DNA from: Octopus vulgaris
Taxonomy: Eukaryota
NCBI GenBank assembly: GCA_951406725.2
Contig: OX597827.1
Span: forward strand, 83,080,001 to 83,144,000
Direction: 5' to 3'
Length of the DNA: 64,000 nt
Of the stretch, positions 62,832-64,000 are shown one piece after another. A program made the position numbers and the translations under genes. Below the pieces are notes generated by a model. The model did not search any database, was not told the DNA's origin, and saw only the letters and a list, made by a program, of their open reading frames with translations. The stretch's first letter is position 1. Each line of letters starts with the position of its first letter.

Positions 62832-63770
62832 GCTATTCATGAAGCAGATCATATTCTCTCCAATCAGGCACAAAAATATCCTGGACCTCTGTTTTACAAA
62901 CAATGTGGAAATTATCAAAAGTATCGCAGACAGTTAGGAACCGAGAGGAGATCATAAAACTGCAGAAAGACCTGAATGAAATCTACAAATAGGCTGACAA
63001 AAACAATATGCAGTTCAATGCTATGAAATTTCAGGCACTTCACTATCACTCTAAAATCGGTAAACGCCAGACCAGAAAGTAATACGAGAGTGGCTGGCTG
63101 GATTCTGAGGACATATAAAACCAGGAAAAGAGAAGCCCTGCTACTCCTAAGGAGGGCTTTTGTTCTCAGCCACTTGGACTACTGCTCCCAACTATGGTCC
63201 CCAGAGAGTGTGAAACAAACGCTGGAACTCGAAGCAATCCATTGCCAATACACAAAGGAGATTGATTCGATGCATCCCGTCTTTGCATCGAATCAAGAGG
63301 CTAAAGGGGCTGAGTCTCTATTCCCCGAAGAGAAGACGAGAGAGATATGCGGTGATATATATTTGGAAGATCTTGGAGGGTTTCGCATTTTGGAATTGAC
63401 AGCTATACCAATCCTCGAACTGGACGGCACTGCATCATACCAAATTCCCGTCTTTCCCATCTAAAATAAGGACACAGTACTGCAATAGTCAAGGTTTCAA
63501 GGGCCCACAATTGTTCAACATCCTGCCAGGCAACCTTAGAGATTTACACGGTGTTCATGTGGAAGTTTTCAAGGAACATCTGGACACGTTTCTGTCTGAG
63601 ATAGCGGATGGACCCACAACGTGACAGGAGACACAAAGAAGAGCAGCTCTGTTCAACTCGCTGCTTCACCCAAAACAATATCAGAAACAATACTGAGTAA
63701 CTACAGGTGGTGCAGCACCAGCATGACCTCAGCCCTGGGCTGAAACCAGTAAAAGATAAAAGATTACATA
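62825..63770 (+). mobile_element. CR1/L2-like LINE fragment with internal deletions
   Basis: NILDLCFTN (endonuclease end) fused to LQKDLNEIYK...LDYCSQLWSP...; same 3' tail. Confidence 0.85.
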
Positions 63771-63771
63771 T

Positions 63772-63822
<51 letters not shown>

Positions 63823-64000
63823 AGTAGATAATAAAGCAAATGGTTTATAACCTGGTAGCTTACTGGTAAAGCACAGTCACTGTCACAGTGTTTGTTAAGA
63901 ATCTGGCTAATGAGAGACAGAAGATAGAAGATATGAGAGTTTTTATTAATCATTAAAATTGTTTCAACCCTTCTCCCATCGATCCCTCATGGGTGGGATA

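Overview
AT-rich, microsatellite- and transposon-dense eukaryotic DNA, most likely an octopus/coleoid cephalopod (inferred from the receptor sequence and the repeat content). The only host gene I can support is the 5' half of a molluscan estrogen receptor (NR3, P-box CEGCKA) on the minus strand. Three coding exons (19533-19902, 3309-3428, 1066-1179) join in frame through phase-1 GT-AG introns and encode the N-terminal domain and both zinc fingers; the hinge and ligand-binding exons lie beyond position 1. A TE-poor block (~32.4-37.3 kb) with a TATA-like box and a strong donor is a candidate promoter/5'UTR exon. The rest is degraded TEs: mariner, two DD36E Tc1 copies, maT-like pieces, RTE, CR1/L2-like and R4-like LINEs, two Penelope-like elements (PLEs), tRNA-derived SINEs and MITEs. 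The most notable unexplained pattern is a set of short non-coding elements lying against (TA)n microsatellites. They carry type-I hammerhead ribozyme motifs (CTGANGA...GAAAC...GTH) and are often folded back into long inverted repeats. They include a perfect 156-bp palindrome with an intact hammerhead on each strand (58383-58538) and an intact-core hammerhead in the sense of the ER intron (7698-7785). All calls were made by eye; no searches or folding programs were run.
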